Below, piece after piece: positions 1-9,352 of a DNA stretch of 31,915 nucleotides. Position 1 is the first letter of the stretch. Each line of letters starts with the position of its first letter. The notes beneath the pieces are model-generated. The model ran no database searches, was not told the origin of the DNA, and worked only from the letters and a program-made list of their open reading frames with translations. This DNA comes from Burkholderiales bacterium (GTDB lineage Bacteria > Pseudomonadota > Gammaproteobacteria > Burkholderiales > SG8-39): NCBI GenBank assembly GCA_017880745.1, contig JADGRR010000001.1, positions 1 through 31,915 on the forward strand, written 5' to 3'. A program made the position numbers and the translations under genes.

Positions 1-301
<301 letters not shown>

Positions 302-314
302 GAGCGGTGCCCTC

Positions 315-368
315 GTGGGAGCGAGCTTGCTCGCGAATTCCATCGTTCGCGAGCAAGCTCGCTCCCAC
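315..368. repeat. REP doublet (REPIN-like inverted repeat)
   Basis: Perfect 23-bp inverted repeat GTGGGAGCGAGCTTGCTCGCGAA (315-337) / TTCGCGAGCAAGCTCGCTCCCAC (346-368), 8-nt spacer, between convergent genes. GTGG-headed REP architecture. Confidence 0.85.
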
Positions 369-419
369 AATCGATTGCCCCCGGCGCGGGGTTTGCGCAA
401 ATCGAAGCGGAAAGCGGTT

Positions 420-1334
420 TCAGCGCAAGGTCGGGGCTAGGTGCACCGAAAACTCGATGACCCCCGCGAGGTTTTCGGAGAACGGCCGCCCCAGGAGGAT
501 GGCGCCGGAGCCGCGCAGCATGGTGTCCTCGCCCACGACATGCACTGTTTCGCCGCCGCTGAAATAGATGTAAGTACCGCTGGTGCTCCGATCCGAGACA
601 AAGAACTTGCCCAGCTGATATTCCGCGATTGCATGCCGTTCCAAGACGAATTCGTCGCGGATTACAATCGCACAGGCCTCGCTGCGGCCGAGGGCGGCCG
701 TCATGCTCCTCTCGCTGACCGTGAATTGCTGATCGCGGTGGCGCAGGACCAATTGCTCCTGCTGGCCCTCGGGTTTGCGGTAGGCTGGGATGCCGACGCG
801 AACGCGCTCGCCGTCGTCGGCCCTCCATACGATCATGAACAAATCGAGTGGCTGCTGTCGGCCTTTTATGCTGGCGCGCCGGATATGGCGCGCCTTGTCG
901 CGCAATTCCGGCGGCAGCGCGTCGACCGCGGCATGGGTGGCGAGGATCTGGCGTGCACGCGCCACTTCGGTGATGCGCGCGGCCACGTTGACGGAATCAC
1001 CGTGCACGTCGTTCGCTTCACGGATCACGTCGCCGTAATTGAATCCGATGCGGATGTACATCGGCGTGTCGCCTCCCGGCCTGCCGTTGTCCACCGCCTC
1101 CTGCATGTCGCAGGCAGCGCGCAACGCCGCTTCCGCGCTGGGAAAGGTGCACATGATTTCATCGCCTATGGTCTTGATCAGCGTGCCGCGATGCGCCCCC
1201 AGCCGGCCGCTCATCAGCGCCAGGCAGCGCACGACCATCTGGCGCGCCAGCGCGTTTCCCAGCGTTTCGTACAGCATGGTGCTGCCGCTGATATCTGCGA
1301 ACAGGATCGCGAGTCTTTCGGTGTGGTGTGACAT
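420..1334 (-). CDS. Class III adenylate/guanylate cyclase with C-terminal FHA domain
   Basis: Cyclase motifs LFADISGST, IKTIGDEIM, IRIGFNYG, DVHGDSVNVAARI (both metal Asp, Lys/Asp adenine-specifying pair, Asn/Arg). C-terminal LGRS..C...H....F...D.STSGT is FHA-like. Confidence 0.9.
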   Translation of the reverse strand: MSHHTERLAILFADISGSTMLYETLGNALARQMVVRCLALMSGRLGAHRGTLIKTIGDEIMCTFPSAEAALRAACDMQEAVDNGRPGGDTPMYIRIGFNYGDVIREANDVHGDSVNVAARITEVARARQILATHAAVDALPPELRDKARHIRRASIKGRQQPLDLFMIVWRADDGERVRVGIPAYRKPEGQQEQLVLRHRDQQFTVSERSMTAALGRSEACAIVIRDEFVLERHAIAEYQLGKFFVSDRSTSGTYIYFSGGETVHVVGEDTMLRGSGAILLGRPFSENLAGVIEFSVHLAPTLR

Positions 1335-1543
1335 GCTGCCTTATGGCGACAGTTCGCTATATGGTGCCAGATAAGCGCAATTGCCGCGCTGTTTTCTAAT
1401 GCTACTATGTGAGCCGCTCAGGCGCTCCGGCACGCACAGTCCAGCGCGGGAATATACGAGAATAACGCGCGTCAGTCCACGTCTGCCACCGCACCGGTCC
1501 GGGACGCGGATGACCCGGGCACGCTCCAGACGGAGGAAAGGGC

Positions 1544-2437
1544 ATGCAACAGAGCATCTTGATGGCCGTGCTGGCGACCATGGTCTACGCCGTGTCCCTG
1601 GATCTGCGCGTGCAGGATTTCCGCTACGTTGCGCGCCATCCGCTCGCGGTGGGGGCGGGCCTGGTGGCGCAGTTCGTGCTGCTGCCGGCCGCCACCCTGG
1701 GCGTCACGCTCGTGCTCGATCTGCCGGCGGCGACCATGGCGGCGATGATGCTGGTGGCCGCCTGCCCCGGCGGCGCGCTGTCGAACGTGGTCACCTATTT
1801 CGGACGCGGCAACCTGGCGCTGTCGCTTTCCATCTCGGCGGTCTCGAACGTGCTGGCGCTCGTGTTCACGCCGCTCAACTTCAGCCTGATGATCGCGGCC
1901 AACCCGCGCACCGAGGCTTGGGCGCGCGCGATCGCGGTGGACCCGCGCGAGCTCGTCGTCAGCCTGGTGCTGCTGCTGGCGCTGCCGATGAGCGCGGCGC
2001 TGCTCACCTCGCATCGCGCGCCGCAGCTGGCAGTGCGCCTGCGCAAGCCCCTGGGACGGTTCGCGGTGGCGGCGCTGATGCTGTTCATCGTCGGAGCCGT
2101 TGCGGCGCAGTGGAAACTGTTCCTGATCGAGATCACGCGCACGCTGCCGATCGTGATCGGGCACAACGCGCTCGGCCTGGCTCTCGGCTACGGCGCGTCG
2201 GTGCTCGCGCGCCTCTCCGTCCCCGACCGGCGGGCGGTGGTCATCGAGGGCGGAATGCAGAACTCCGGCCTCGCGCTCGGCATCATCGCCGCGCAGTTCA
2301 ACTCCGATCTGGCGATGGTTGCGGTGGCGGGGTTGTGGGGCATCTGGCACATCGTATCCGGCGGCTCGCTCGCGCTGCTGTGGCGCTACCTGGACCGGTC
2401 CGCCCGCCGCGCCGCGCGCCGCTCCGGCGGCCGCTGA
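1544..2437 (+). CDS. Bile acid:sodium symporter (BASS) family transporter
   Basis: Hydrophobic 297 aa with AQFVLLP, ACPGGALSN, GNLALS and IEGGMQNSGLA motifs. SD GGAGG upstream. Confidence 0.9.
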   Translation: MQQSILMAVLATMVYAVSLDLRVQDFRYVARHPLAVGAGLVAQFVLLPAATLGVTLVLDLPAATMAAMMLVAACPGGALSNVVTYFGRGNLALSLSISAVSNVLALVFTPLNFSLMIAANPRTEAWARAIAVDPRELVVSLVLLLALPMSAALLTSHRAPQLAVRLRKPLGRFAVAALMLFIVGAVAAQWKLFLIEITRTLPIVIGHNALGLALGYGASVLARLSVPDRRAVVIEGGMQNSGLALGIIAAQFNSDLAMVAVAGLWGIWHIVSGGSLALLWRYLDRSARRAARRSGGR

Positions 2438-2455
2438 CCCGCCGACCCTGTGCGC

Positions 2456-3214
2456 CTATCCACGCCCGACGAAGGGCATTTTCGTCGCCATGATGGTCAT
2501 GAACTGCACGTTCGCATCCAGCGGCAGGTTGGCCATGTAGAGCACCGCGCTGCCGACGTGGATCACGTCCATGCGCGGTTCGATCGCGATCGAACCGTTT
2601 GCCTGCGCCACGCCGTTTTTCATGCGCTCGGTCATCTCGGTCGCGGCGTTGCCGATGTCGATCTGACCGCAGGCGATGTCGTACTTCCTGCAATCGAGCG
2701 AGATGCACTTGGTGAGACCGGTGACCGCGTGCTTCGTCGCCGTGTAGGGGGCCGAGTTGGGCCGCGGCGCATGGGCCGAGATCGAACCGTTGTTGATGAT
2801 GCGCCCGCCGCGGGGTTCCTGGCTTTTCATGATTTTGATCGCTTCCTGCGAACACAGGAACATGCCGGTGAGGTTGACATCCACCACCGCTTTCCACTGC
2901 TCGAAGCCGAGGTCTTCCATCGGGATCGCCGGTGCGCCCATGCCGGCGTTGTTGAACAGTACGTCCAGCCGTCCCCAGGCCTGCTTCAACTTGGCGAACA
3001 GGGCTTTCACCGATTCCGGATTGCCCACGTCGGCGGGCAGGACCAGCGTGTTCGCGGCCGCCGGTCCCGCATCCGCCGCCGTCTTGTCGAGCAACTCCCT
3101 GCGCCGCCCAACCAGTCCGACGCGATACCCGTCGTTGAGCAGCGCAAGCGCCGCACTCTTGCCTATGCCGGTGCCGGCGCCGGTGACGATGGCAACTTTG
3201 TTGCGAGAACTCAT
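2456..3214 (-). CDS. Short-chain dehydrogenase/reductase (SDR)
   Basis: [15 protein letters not shown] and YTATK catalytic motifs. GGAG SD upstream. Confidence 0.92.
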   Translation of the reverse strand: MSSRNKVAIVTGAGTGIGKSAALALLNDGYRVGLVGRRRELLDKTAADAGPAAANTLVLPADVGNPESVKALFAKLKQAWGRLDVLFNNAGMGAPAIPMEDLGFEQWKAVVDVNLTGMFLCSQEAIKIMKSQEPRGGRIINNGSISAHAPRPNSAPYTATKHAVTGLTKCISLDCRKYDIACGQIDIGNAATEMTERMKNGVAQANGSIAIEPRMDVIHVGSAVLYMANLPLDANVQFMTIMATKMPFVGRG

Positions 3215-3318
3215 GCTTCAGTCTCCTTTTCTCGGATGGCCCGGTTCAATGGGCCAGAAACCCTTATGGTACCGCAGCGATGGCGGACGGGATCGGGGTG
3301 CGCGGCAGCAGGCCCTAG

Positions 3319-3449
3319 CAGGGCGTTGAAAAAGGGGGCACGCCCCCTTTTATACCCCCATTTCAGAGGCTGCCGAAAACCGCTTCCCTGTGAGAGGGTT
3401 TGGTTCACACGCACAGTGTTCCGCCCGGAAAGCGATTTTCAACGGCCTG
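3319..3449. mobile_element. 131-bp MITE-like element with terminal inverted repeats and CTAG target-site duplication
   Basis: Left end CAGGGCGTTGAAAA; reverse complement of right end CAGGCCGTTGAAAA (13/14). CTAG flanks both sides (3315-3318, 3450-3453). No coding capacity. Confidence 0.75.
3330..3351. terminator. Bidirectional intrinsic terminator-like hairpin inside the MITE
   Basis: AAAAGGGGG-CACG-CCCCCTTTT: 9-bp stem with A/T tracts on both sides. Confidence 0.55.
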
Positions 3450-4169
3450 CTAGGGTTTCAGGTCGAACAACTCCTCGATCCGCGCGGTCGCTTCGGGCGA
3501 CAGATTCAGGAAACGGCAGCCGGAGGTCTGCACCTGCCCGCCGTCCGGGAGGTCCACGAGCTGTGAATAGCGCACCTCCATGTCCACCACGATCGAATCT
3601 CCGTTCGAGCTGTCGATACGGCAGCCCCTGAGCACTGTTCCCGGCTCCAGGCTGATCTGCGGATCGTATTGCAGGAAGGCAATCCCGCCCTTGCTGACGT
3701 TGACCATGGTGCCGTCGAAAGGTATCACGCCGCCCTCGTCGAGGATGCAGCGCAACTGGTTCTGCGTTGGCGCTTCCATGCGTTCATCGGCGCGGCGCCG
3801 ATGGCCCACGACGAGCTCGGGAAAGCGCAAGCGGATTCCCGGAGCGCCTTCGTGCGGGGAGGTTGGCTGCGGGTCTGCCGCGGCAAACTCGACTCGCCAG
3901 CCGCCGGGTTCGGCGTGAAATGTCGCGCGCGGCCGGGCCAGCAGGGCCTGATTGGCCATTTCGTCTGCGCTAAGCTCCATGATGATGTAGGCCCACGCCG
4001 GATCGACGAAGCGCAGTCTCGAGTGGAACAGCCGCTTGCCGCCCCCCAGGTCGGAGACGATTGGCTCCCCGCGCATAACCAGCGAGTTGAGCACCCGCGA
4101 AATCTCCTCGGGCAAGCGCAGCATCTGCCCTACGAGGGAAACGGTCGGAGTCGGGTCGGGGGGCGTCAT
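3450..4169 (-). CDS. Flagellar-brake (YcgR-like) PilZ-domain c-di-GMP receptor
   Basis: N-terminal YcgR-like region, then PilZ motifs RxxxR (RADER) and NxSxxG (NVSKGG), and C-terminal GCRF. ATG at 4169 preferred over TTG 4181. Confidence 0.8.
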   Translation of the reverse strand: MTPPDPTPTVSLVGQMLRLPEEISRVLNSLVMRGEPIVSDLGGGKRLFHSRLRFVDPAWAYIIMELSADEMANQALLARPRATFHAEPGGWRVEFAAADPQPTSPHEGAPGIRLRFPELVVGHRRRADERMEAPTQNQLRCILDEGGVIPFDGTMVNVSKGGIAFLQYDPQISLEPGTVLRGCRIDSSNGDSIVVDMEVRYSQLVDLPDGGQVQTSGCRFLNLSPEATARIEELFDLKP

Positions 4170-4286
4170 GACAGCTTGCAAATGGGAGGCAAATGGGAGC
4201 CCTTCGGCGCTCTTGTCGAGAGTATAAACGCAACCGCGGATCGGCGAGCGGTCGAATCGGGCCCGCCGTCGCGATCGCGGAGGCGG

Positions 4287-6692
4287 CTAGTTACCGGTCC
4301 CGCGGGCAGCAACAGGGCGCGCAGCCCGCAGCGCGCGCCATACCCGGTTTGGCGTCGCCGGCATGTCGAGCTCGCGCACGCCCGCGGGTCGCAGCGCGGC
4401 GAGGACTGCGTTCATGGTCGCAGGCAGCGCGCCGGAGGTGCCGGATTCGCCCACGCCCTTGGCGCCGAGCGCGTTGGCCTTGGTCGGCACGGGGTGCTCG
4501 CCGCAGCGTATGCCGCGCATCCAGTCGGCGCGCGGCATCGGGTAGTCCATGAAGCTGCCGGTAAGCAGTTGCCCCGTTTCGTGATCGTGAATCGCGTGTT
4601 CGCCCAGTGCCTGTCCCACTCCCTGCATCACGCCGCCGTGCACCTGCCCCTCGACGCTGGCGCGATCGATGGCGTTGCCGACGTCATCCACGGTGGTATA
4701 GGCGAGCAGGTCCACCGTGCCGGTGTCCGCATCGATTTCGACCTCTGCGATGTGGCAGCCATTGGGGAAAGTCACGCCGAACAGGCAATCGGCGGCGCAA
4801 TCCATCGGGTGCGCTGCGCGATGCGCCGCGGTCTGCGCCGTGCCCGCAGTCGCGGCGAGCCGGCGCGACAGTTCGAACAGGCCGATGCTGCGGCCCGCCG
4901 CGTGGAAGGCGCCATCTGCGTATTCCACCGCCGGCAATTCCGCGCCCGGCACACCCTGGCCAGCGTGAAGCACCCCGTGGCCAGCGCGAAGCACCCCATG
5001 GCCAGCGCGAAGCGCTGCGGCGGCGTGCACTTTCGCCGTGTCGATGATTTTCGGCCCGAGCAGCTTGAACGCGCTGCCCGCGCCGTACAGCGAGCGCGAG
5101 CCGCCGGTGCCGTTGCCTACCTGCGGCAGATCCGGGTCGCCTTCGTGGAAATGCACACGTTCGCCTGATATGCCCAACTCTGAAGTGACGATGTTGACGA
5201 AGGTCGTTTCGTGGCCCTGGCCGCCGGACTGCGATACCGCATAGAGGTGCAGGTCGCCGTCGGCATCGAAGCGCGCGAATACCTCATCCCTGGGCGCGCC
5301 CCCCGCGCCGCTGGCTTCGAGGAAGGTGGCCATGCCGATGCCGCGCAGCCTCCCCGCGCGCGCCGATTGCTCGCGCCGCGCGGGAAATCCCGCCCAGTCG
5401 GCGAGCGCGAGCGCCTTGTCCATCACCGCGGCGAATTCGCCGCAGTCGTAGGTGGTACCGTTTGCGGTTTTGTAGGGCATGGCTTCGGGCGGGACGAAAT
5501 TCCGGCGCCGCAGCTCGACCGGGTCGAAACCGTGTTCGGCCGCAGCGTGATCGACCAGCCGTTCGATGGCGCAGGCGATGTCCGGCCGCCCGGCGCCGCG
5601 GTAGGAGGACACCGGCGTGGCGTTCGAGTAGGCGAGCCGGGCGCGCGCGTACAGCGCCGGGATGCGGTAGACGCCGCCCATGGTGATGGCGAGATTGCGC
5701 GTGCCGACCAGGGCGCCGAACATGGTGGCATAAGCCCCGAGGTCGCCGCGGTCGTCGAAGCGGATGGCGAGGAAGCGCCCGCCGGCGTCGAGCGCAAGCT
5801 CGCCCGTCAGCGACAATGCGCGGCCGTGGTTCTCCGACAGGAACAGCTCCGATCGCGTCGCCACCCATTTCACCGGGCGGCCGAGTTTCTGCGTGGCGAG
5901 CACCAGCGCGATCGACTCGGCGTAGGCGGGGCCGCGAATGCCGAAGCTGCCGCCGACGTCGCGCGTGACCACGCGCAGCTTTTCCGCGGGCAAGCCGGTG
6001 ACCTGCGCCAGCTGGCCGCGCATGCCGTTGATGCCCTGGCTCGGCGTATACACGGTGACCACGCCGCTCCCGGCGTCGCGGTCGGCGATGAAGGCGCGCG
6101 GTTCGATCGGGCTGCCGACCAGGCGCTGGCTGTTCATGGTCATGCGACTTGTGAACGCCGCACGCGCGAACGCCGCCTCGACCGCCGCGGCATCGCCCGA
6201 CTCGTATTCGAACGCGAGGTTGCCCGGCGCCTCGAGGTGTATCTGTGTTGCGCCGGCGCGCGTCGCGTCGTCGAACCCCACCGCCGCAGGCAGGTCCTCG
6301 TAGTCGAGCGCGATGTCTTCGGCTGCGTCCTGCGCGAGCAGCACGCTTTCGGCCACGACCAGCGCGAGCGGCTGGCCGACGTAGTGGACGCGGGTGCGCG
6401 CGAGCGCCGGCCAGAAGGGTTTTTTCATTTTCTGGCCGGCCACACCGTCGAACGCGATGCCCCCGGGGAGCGACTTGAATCCGGCCTCATCCAGGTCGGC
6501 GGCGGTGAGCACCAACTGCACACCCGGTCGCGCGCGCGCCGCCTGCGTGTCGATGCCGAGAATTTTCGCGTGCGCGCGGTCGGCGCGCAGAAAGTAGGCG
6601 TAGAGCTGCCGCGGCAGGTTCCAGTCGGCGGTGTAGCAGCCCCTGCCGGTCAGCAGGCGCTCGTCTTCGCGGCGGAAGGATTTTTCAGTCAC
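4287..6692 (-). CDS. Xanthine dehydrogenase-family molybdopterin-binding (large) subunit, CoxL form II-like
   Basis: RREDERLLTGRG, VGGSFG, SYRGAGRP, GQGHET, GTGGSRS and AKGVGESG motifs. GTG start at 6692 overlaps the DinB-family stop (GTGA). The ORF-track extension to 6944 overlaps the DinB gene. Confidence 0.9.
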   Translation of the reverse strand: MTEKSFRREDERLLTGRGCYTADWNLPRQLYAYFLRADRAHAKILGIDTQAARARPGVQLVLTAADLDEAGFKSLPGGIAFDGVAGQKMKKPFWPALARTRVHYVGQPLALVVAESVLLAQDAAEDIALDYEDLPAAVGFDDATRAGATQIHLEAPGNLAFEYESGDAAAVEAAFARAAFTSRMTMNSQRLVGSPIEPRAFIADRDAGSGVVTVYTPSQGINGMRGQLAQVTGLPAEKLRVVTRDVGGSFGIRGPAYAESIALVLATQKLGRPVKWVATRSELFLSENHGRALSLTGELALDAGGRFLAIRFDDRGDLGAYATMFGALVGTRNLAITMGGVYRIPALYARARLAYSNATPVSSYRGAGRPDIACAIERLVDHAAAEHGFDPVELRRRNFVPPEAMPYKTANGTTYDCGEFAAVMDKALALADWAGFPARREQSARAGRLRGIGMATFLEASGAGGAPRDEVFARFDADGDLHLYAVSQSGGQGHETTFVNIVTSELGISGERVHFHEGDPDLPQVGNGTGGSRSLYGAGSAFKLLGPKIIDTAKVHAAAALRAGHGVLRAGHGVLHAGQGVPGAELPAVEYADGAFHAAGRSIGLFELSRRLAATAGTAQTAAHRAAHPMDCAADCLFGVTFPNGCHIAEVEIDADTGTVDLLAYTTVDDVGNAIDRASVEGQVHGGVMQGVGQALGEHAIHDHETGQLLTGSFMDYPMPRADWMRGIRCGEHPVPTKANALGAKGVGESGTSGALPATMNAVLAALRPAGVRELDMPATPNRVWRALRAARPVAARGTGN
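4950..5012. repeat. In-frame 21-bp x3 tandem repeat in the molybdo-enzyme gene
   Basis: CACACCCTGGCCAGCGTGAAG / CACCCCGTGGCCAGCGCGAAG / CACCCCATGGCCAGCGCGAAG. Encodes LRAGHGV-LRAGHGV-LHAGQGV on the minus strand. Confidence 0.9.
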
Positions 6693-7192
6693 GCGGCAGT
6701 CTCCCTCAGGAAAATCGGCAGGTCGGTCAGCGGCGGGCGCGCCGGGACCTGGAAGAACAGGTCGGCGACGAAGCCGCGGTGATAGCTCGTATGGTTGACC
6801 ACATGCAGCATGATGTCGCCGCGGCGCATGGCGCCCTGGTTCCCGCCGATGAGCTTGAACTGCACGACCTCGCCGGCCGCAGTTTCCGCCAGTGCATCGC
6901 TCCAGGCTATGTACCAGCCGTCGATCGCCTGTTGCGCCTGCCAAAGTTCCCCGACATCGGCGTGCAGAACCGCACTGAGTGCCGCTATGCCGTGCTCGCG
7001 TCCCTGCAGATGCGCCTGCCAGATCAGATCGACGACGTATAGATGGTTGAGCGTGTTGACCATGTTCTTGAACAGGGTCGGACGCTCTTTCGCCGCCTCC
7101 CCGGACGGCAGGGCAATCACCGCGTCGAACAGCGCTTTATTCGCCCAGGCGTTGTAGCGCGCGAGCATGCGGATGGTTTGCGTGCCGGTCAT
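6689..7192 (-). CDS. DinB/YfiT-family putative metalloprotein
   Basis: MLARYNAWAN, TLNHL..VD..W and HVVNHTSYHRG: the His residues typical of DinB four-helix bundles. Confidence 0.88.
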   Translation of the reverse strand: MTGTQTIRMLARYNAWANKALFDAVIALPSGEAAKERPTLFKNMVNTLNHLYVVDLIWQAHLQGREHGIAALSAVLHADVGELWQAQQAIDGWYIAWSDALAETAAGEVVQFKLIGGNQGAMRRGDIMLHVVNHTSYHRGFVADLFFQVPARPPLTDLPIFLRETAA

Positions 7193-7273
7193 GGCGTAGT
7201 CCCGGAAGAAATGAGGTTGAGCGTTGATTGCGCGAACCGATTATTCTGTTTTGTGGAAGCGCCGTCTGGATTA

Positions 7274-9352
7274 TCAGGCCGAAAACATGCGTGCTCCCTC
7301 CAGCAGCAGGCGCACCGCTCCGCTCACCAGCAGCGCCACACCCACCGACAGCGATACGGAGACGAGCGCATCCTTGCGGCCGATGGTTTTGAGCATCACG
7401 GCGAAGGTGGAAATGCAGGGAATGTAGAAGGTGAGGAACAGCAGGAAGGTGGTGATCTGCACCCAGTCGAGCCGCGTGCCGACTTCGAACGTTCCGAGCG
7501 CCTGATAAATCATCAGCAGCGACAACTCTTTCCTCAGCACGCCGAAAAGGATGGGCACGCCCAGCACCACGGGGAGGCCCAGCCACCACGCAGTCACCGG
7601 CGTGAACAGCGTGTTGATCGCCGTATCGGCGCCGACGTGGTGCAGCAAGGCCAGCACCACGCTGCCTCCGACCAGGAGCGGGGTGACGATAGTGAGGATG
7701 TCCTCGGTCCGCGCCCAGGTTTCGGACAGCATCGAGCGAACGCGCGGCAGCGCGTAGGGCGGGATTTCCTGCACCTGCCCCGGGCCGAATTCGCGCCGGT
7801 TGCGCGCCAGCAGGCGGCCCATCAGCGCGACCACGACGATGGTCAGTGCGAAAATGGCGAACACGCCGCTGCCGCCCAGGTACTTGCCGGCCAGCGCGAG
7901 GATGATGGCGGAGCGCGCCGAGCAGGGAACGAAGGTGATCAGCACCGAGGCGATGACGCGCTCGCGGCCGGTGCTGACTTTCGCCGCTGCCGAGATCGCG
8001 GGAACATTGCAGCCGAGGCCGGTGAGGAACGGCACGGCGACGCCGCCGTGCAGGCCGATCTGGTGGAAGCCGCGGTCGACGACGAAGGCGATGCGCTGCA
8101 TCACGCCGGCTTCCTCCAGCGCCACCAGCAGCAGCACCAGCGGCAGCATATAGGGCACAACGATGCCGATGAGTCCAATCAGGCCATCGGCCACCGCGCG
8201 GCCGATGACCCCGCCGGTCGAAGTCGGCTGCCAGCCGGCCAGGGCGTCGACCAGGCGCGCCGAGGTCATCGCATCGAGCCAGGTGCTGACCTCGAACACC
8301 ATGAACAGTACCGCGGCAAATACCCCCAGGCTGCCGATCAGGCCCCACTGCGGATGCAGGAACAGTTCGTCCAGCCAGTAACGCCAGCCGCGGCCTTCAT
8401 GCGGTGCGCCCATGCGCGTGCTGGCCTCGAACAGGGTGGCGGCGCGATGATGCCGGTCGGCGTGCAGTTCCTCTTCCAGCGGCCGCGGGAGTTTGCCTGC
8501 GGCCTCGCTGCGCAATCGCTCCAGCTGCGGCAGGAGTTGCGGAAAATGCTGGCCCAACTCGTCGCGGAAATAAGGATCGCCCGCCGCGACCTGCATCAGC
8601 AGCAGCGGATGCGGCACGCGAAATGCCGCATGTACGTCCGGGCGGTTCAGCGCCTGGCTCAAGGGCTGGAGGCTGTCGCAGATGTGCTTGCTCGCCGGCT
8701 GCGGCAGCGGGCAGGCGGCCGCGCGCACCGCATTCACGGCGGTCTTGAACAACTCCGAGATGCCCTGCCCCATCAGCGCCACGGTGGGCACCACCGGCAT
8801 CCCCAGCAGCTTTGACAGGGCCTTGACGTTGATGTGCAGGCCTTTGTCCCATGCCTCGTCCATCATGTTCAGGGCCATGACCATCGGCCGGCCCAGCTGG
8901 GAGAGTTCCAGCGTGAGTTCCAGATGGCTCTCCAGGCGCGTGGCATCGACCACCTGCACGATCAGGTCGGGCGGCGCGAACGGCGCGGGCGGGCCCCCCG
9001 GCTCGTGCAGCGATATGGGCGGACGCTCGTCTCCCCACAGAAGATACTTCAGCGCCGGCAGATCGTCCTCGCCCAGGTGGTGCAGCGAGCCGACGCTCGC
9101 CAGCTCGATCACGCTCGCCTCGTCGAAGCCGATCTGCACCGTGCATTCTTCGTAGGCGCGATGCGTGCCGGCCAGCCGGCCGGTGCGCGGGGCCGTGCTC
9201 GACACAGCCTTGAACAGCGTGCTCTTGCCGGCGTTCGGCATGCCGACCAGTGCGATGCGCAAGCGCCGCTCGCCGCGGAACAAGGGTGTGCGCAGCGGGA
9301 TGGTGGCTTCGTGCGGCGGGCGTTTGCCGTGGATGGTCGCCGTTTTGCTCAT
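7274..9352 (-). CDS. feoB: FeoB-like ferrous iron transporter (atypical G-domain)
   Basis: G1 GMPNAGKS, G4 NMMD, membrane domain with LEEAGVMQRIAF, GLGCNVPAI, PCSAR, EIPPY and YIPCIST motifs. G2/G3 diverged. Confidence 0.8.
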   Translation of the reverse strand: MSKTATIHGKRPPHEATIPLRTPLFRGERRLRIALVGMPNAGKSTLFKAVSSTAPRTGRLAGTHRAYEECTVQIGFDEASVIELASVGSLHHLGEDDLPALKYLLWGDERPPISLHEPGGPPAPFAPPDLIVQVVDATRLESHLELTLELSQLGRPMVMALNMMDEAWDKGLHINVKALSKLLGMPVVPTVALMGQGISELFKTAVNAVRAAACPLPQPASKHICDSLQPLSQALNRPDVHAAFRVPHPLLLMQVAAGDPYFRDELGQHFPQLLPQLERLRSEAAGKLPRPLEEELHADRHHRAATLFEASTRMGAPHEGRGWRYWLDELFLHPQWGLIGSLGVFAAVLFMVFEVSTWLDAMTSARLVDALAGWQPTSTGGVIGRAVADGLIGLIGIVVPYMLPLVLLLVALEEAGVMQRIAFVVDRGFHQIGLHGGVAVPFLTGLGCNVPAISAAAKVSTGRERVIASVLITFVPCSARSAIILALAGKYLGGSGVFAIFALTIVVVALMGRLLARNRREFGPGQVQEIPPYALPRVRSMLSETWARTEDILTIVTPLLVGGSVVLALLHHVGADTAINTLFTPVTAWWLGLPVVLGVPILFGVLRKELSLLMIYQALGTFEVGTRLDWVQITTFLLFLTFYIPCISTFAVMLKTIGRKDALVSVSLSVGVALLVSGAVRLLLEGARMFSA

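Noticed and set aside
4178-4199. 11-bp tandem duplication GCAAATGGGAG x2 upstream of the PilZ gene; possible sigma28 promoter nearby
   Set aside because: Two copies only, with no evident function. No convincing TAAA-N15-GCCGATAA match.
6693-6944. N-terminal extension of the molybdo-enzyme ORF
   Set aside because: It overlaps the DinB gene in another frame. The GTGA overlap at 6689-6692 gives a better start.
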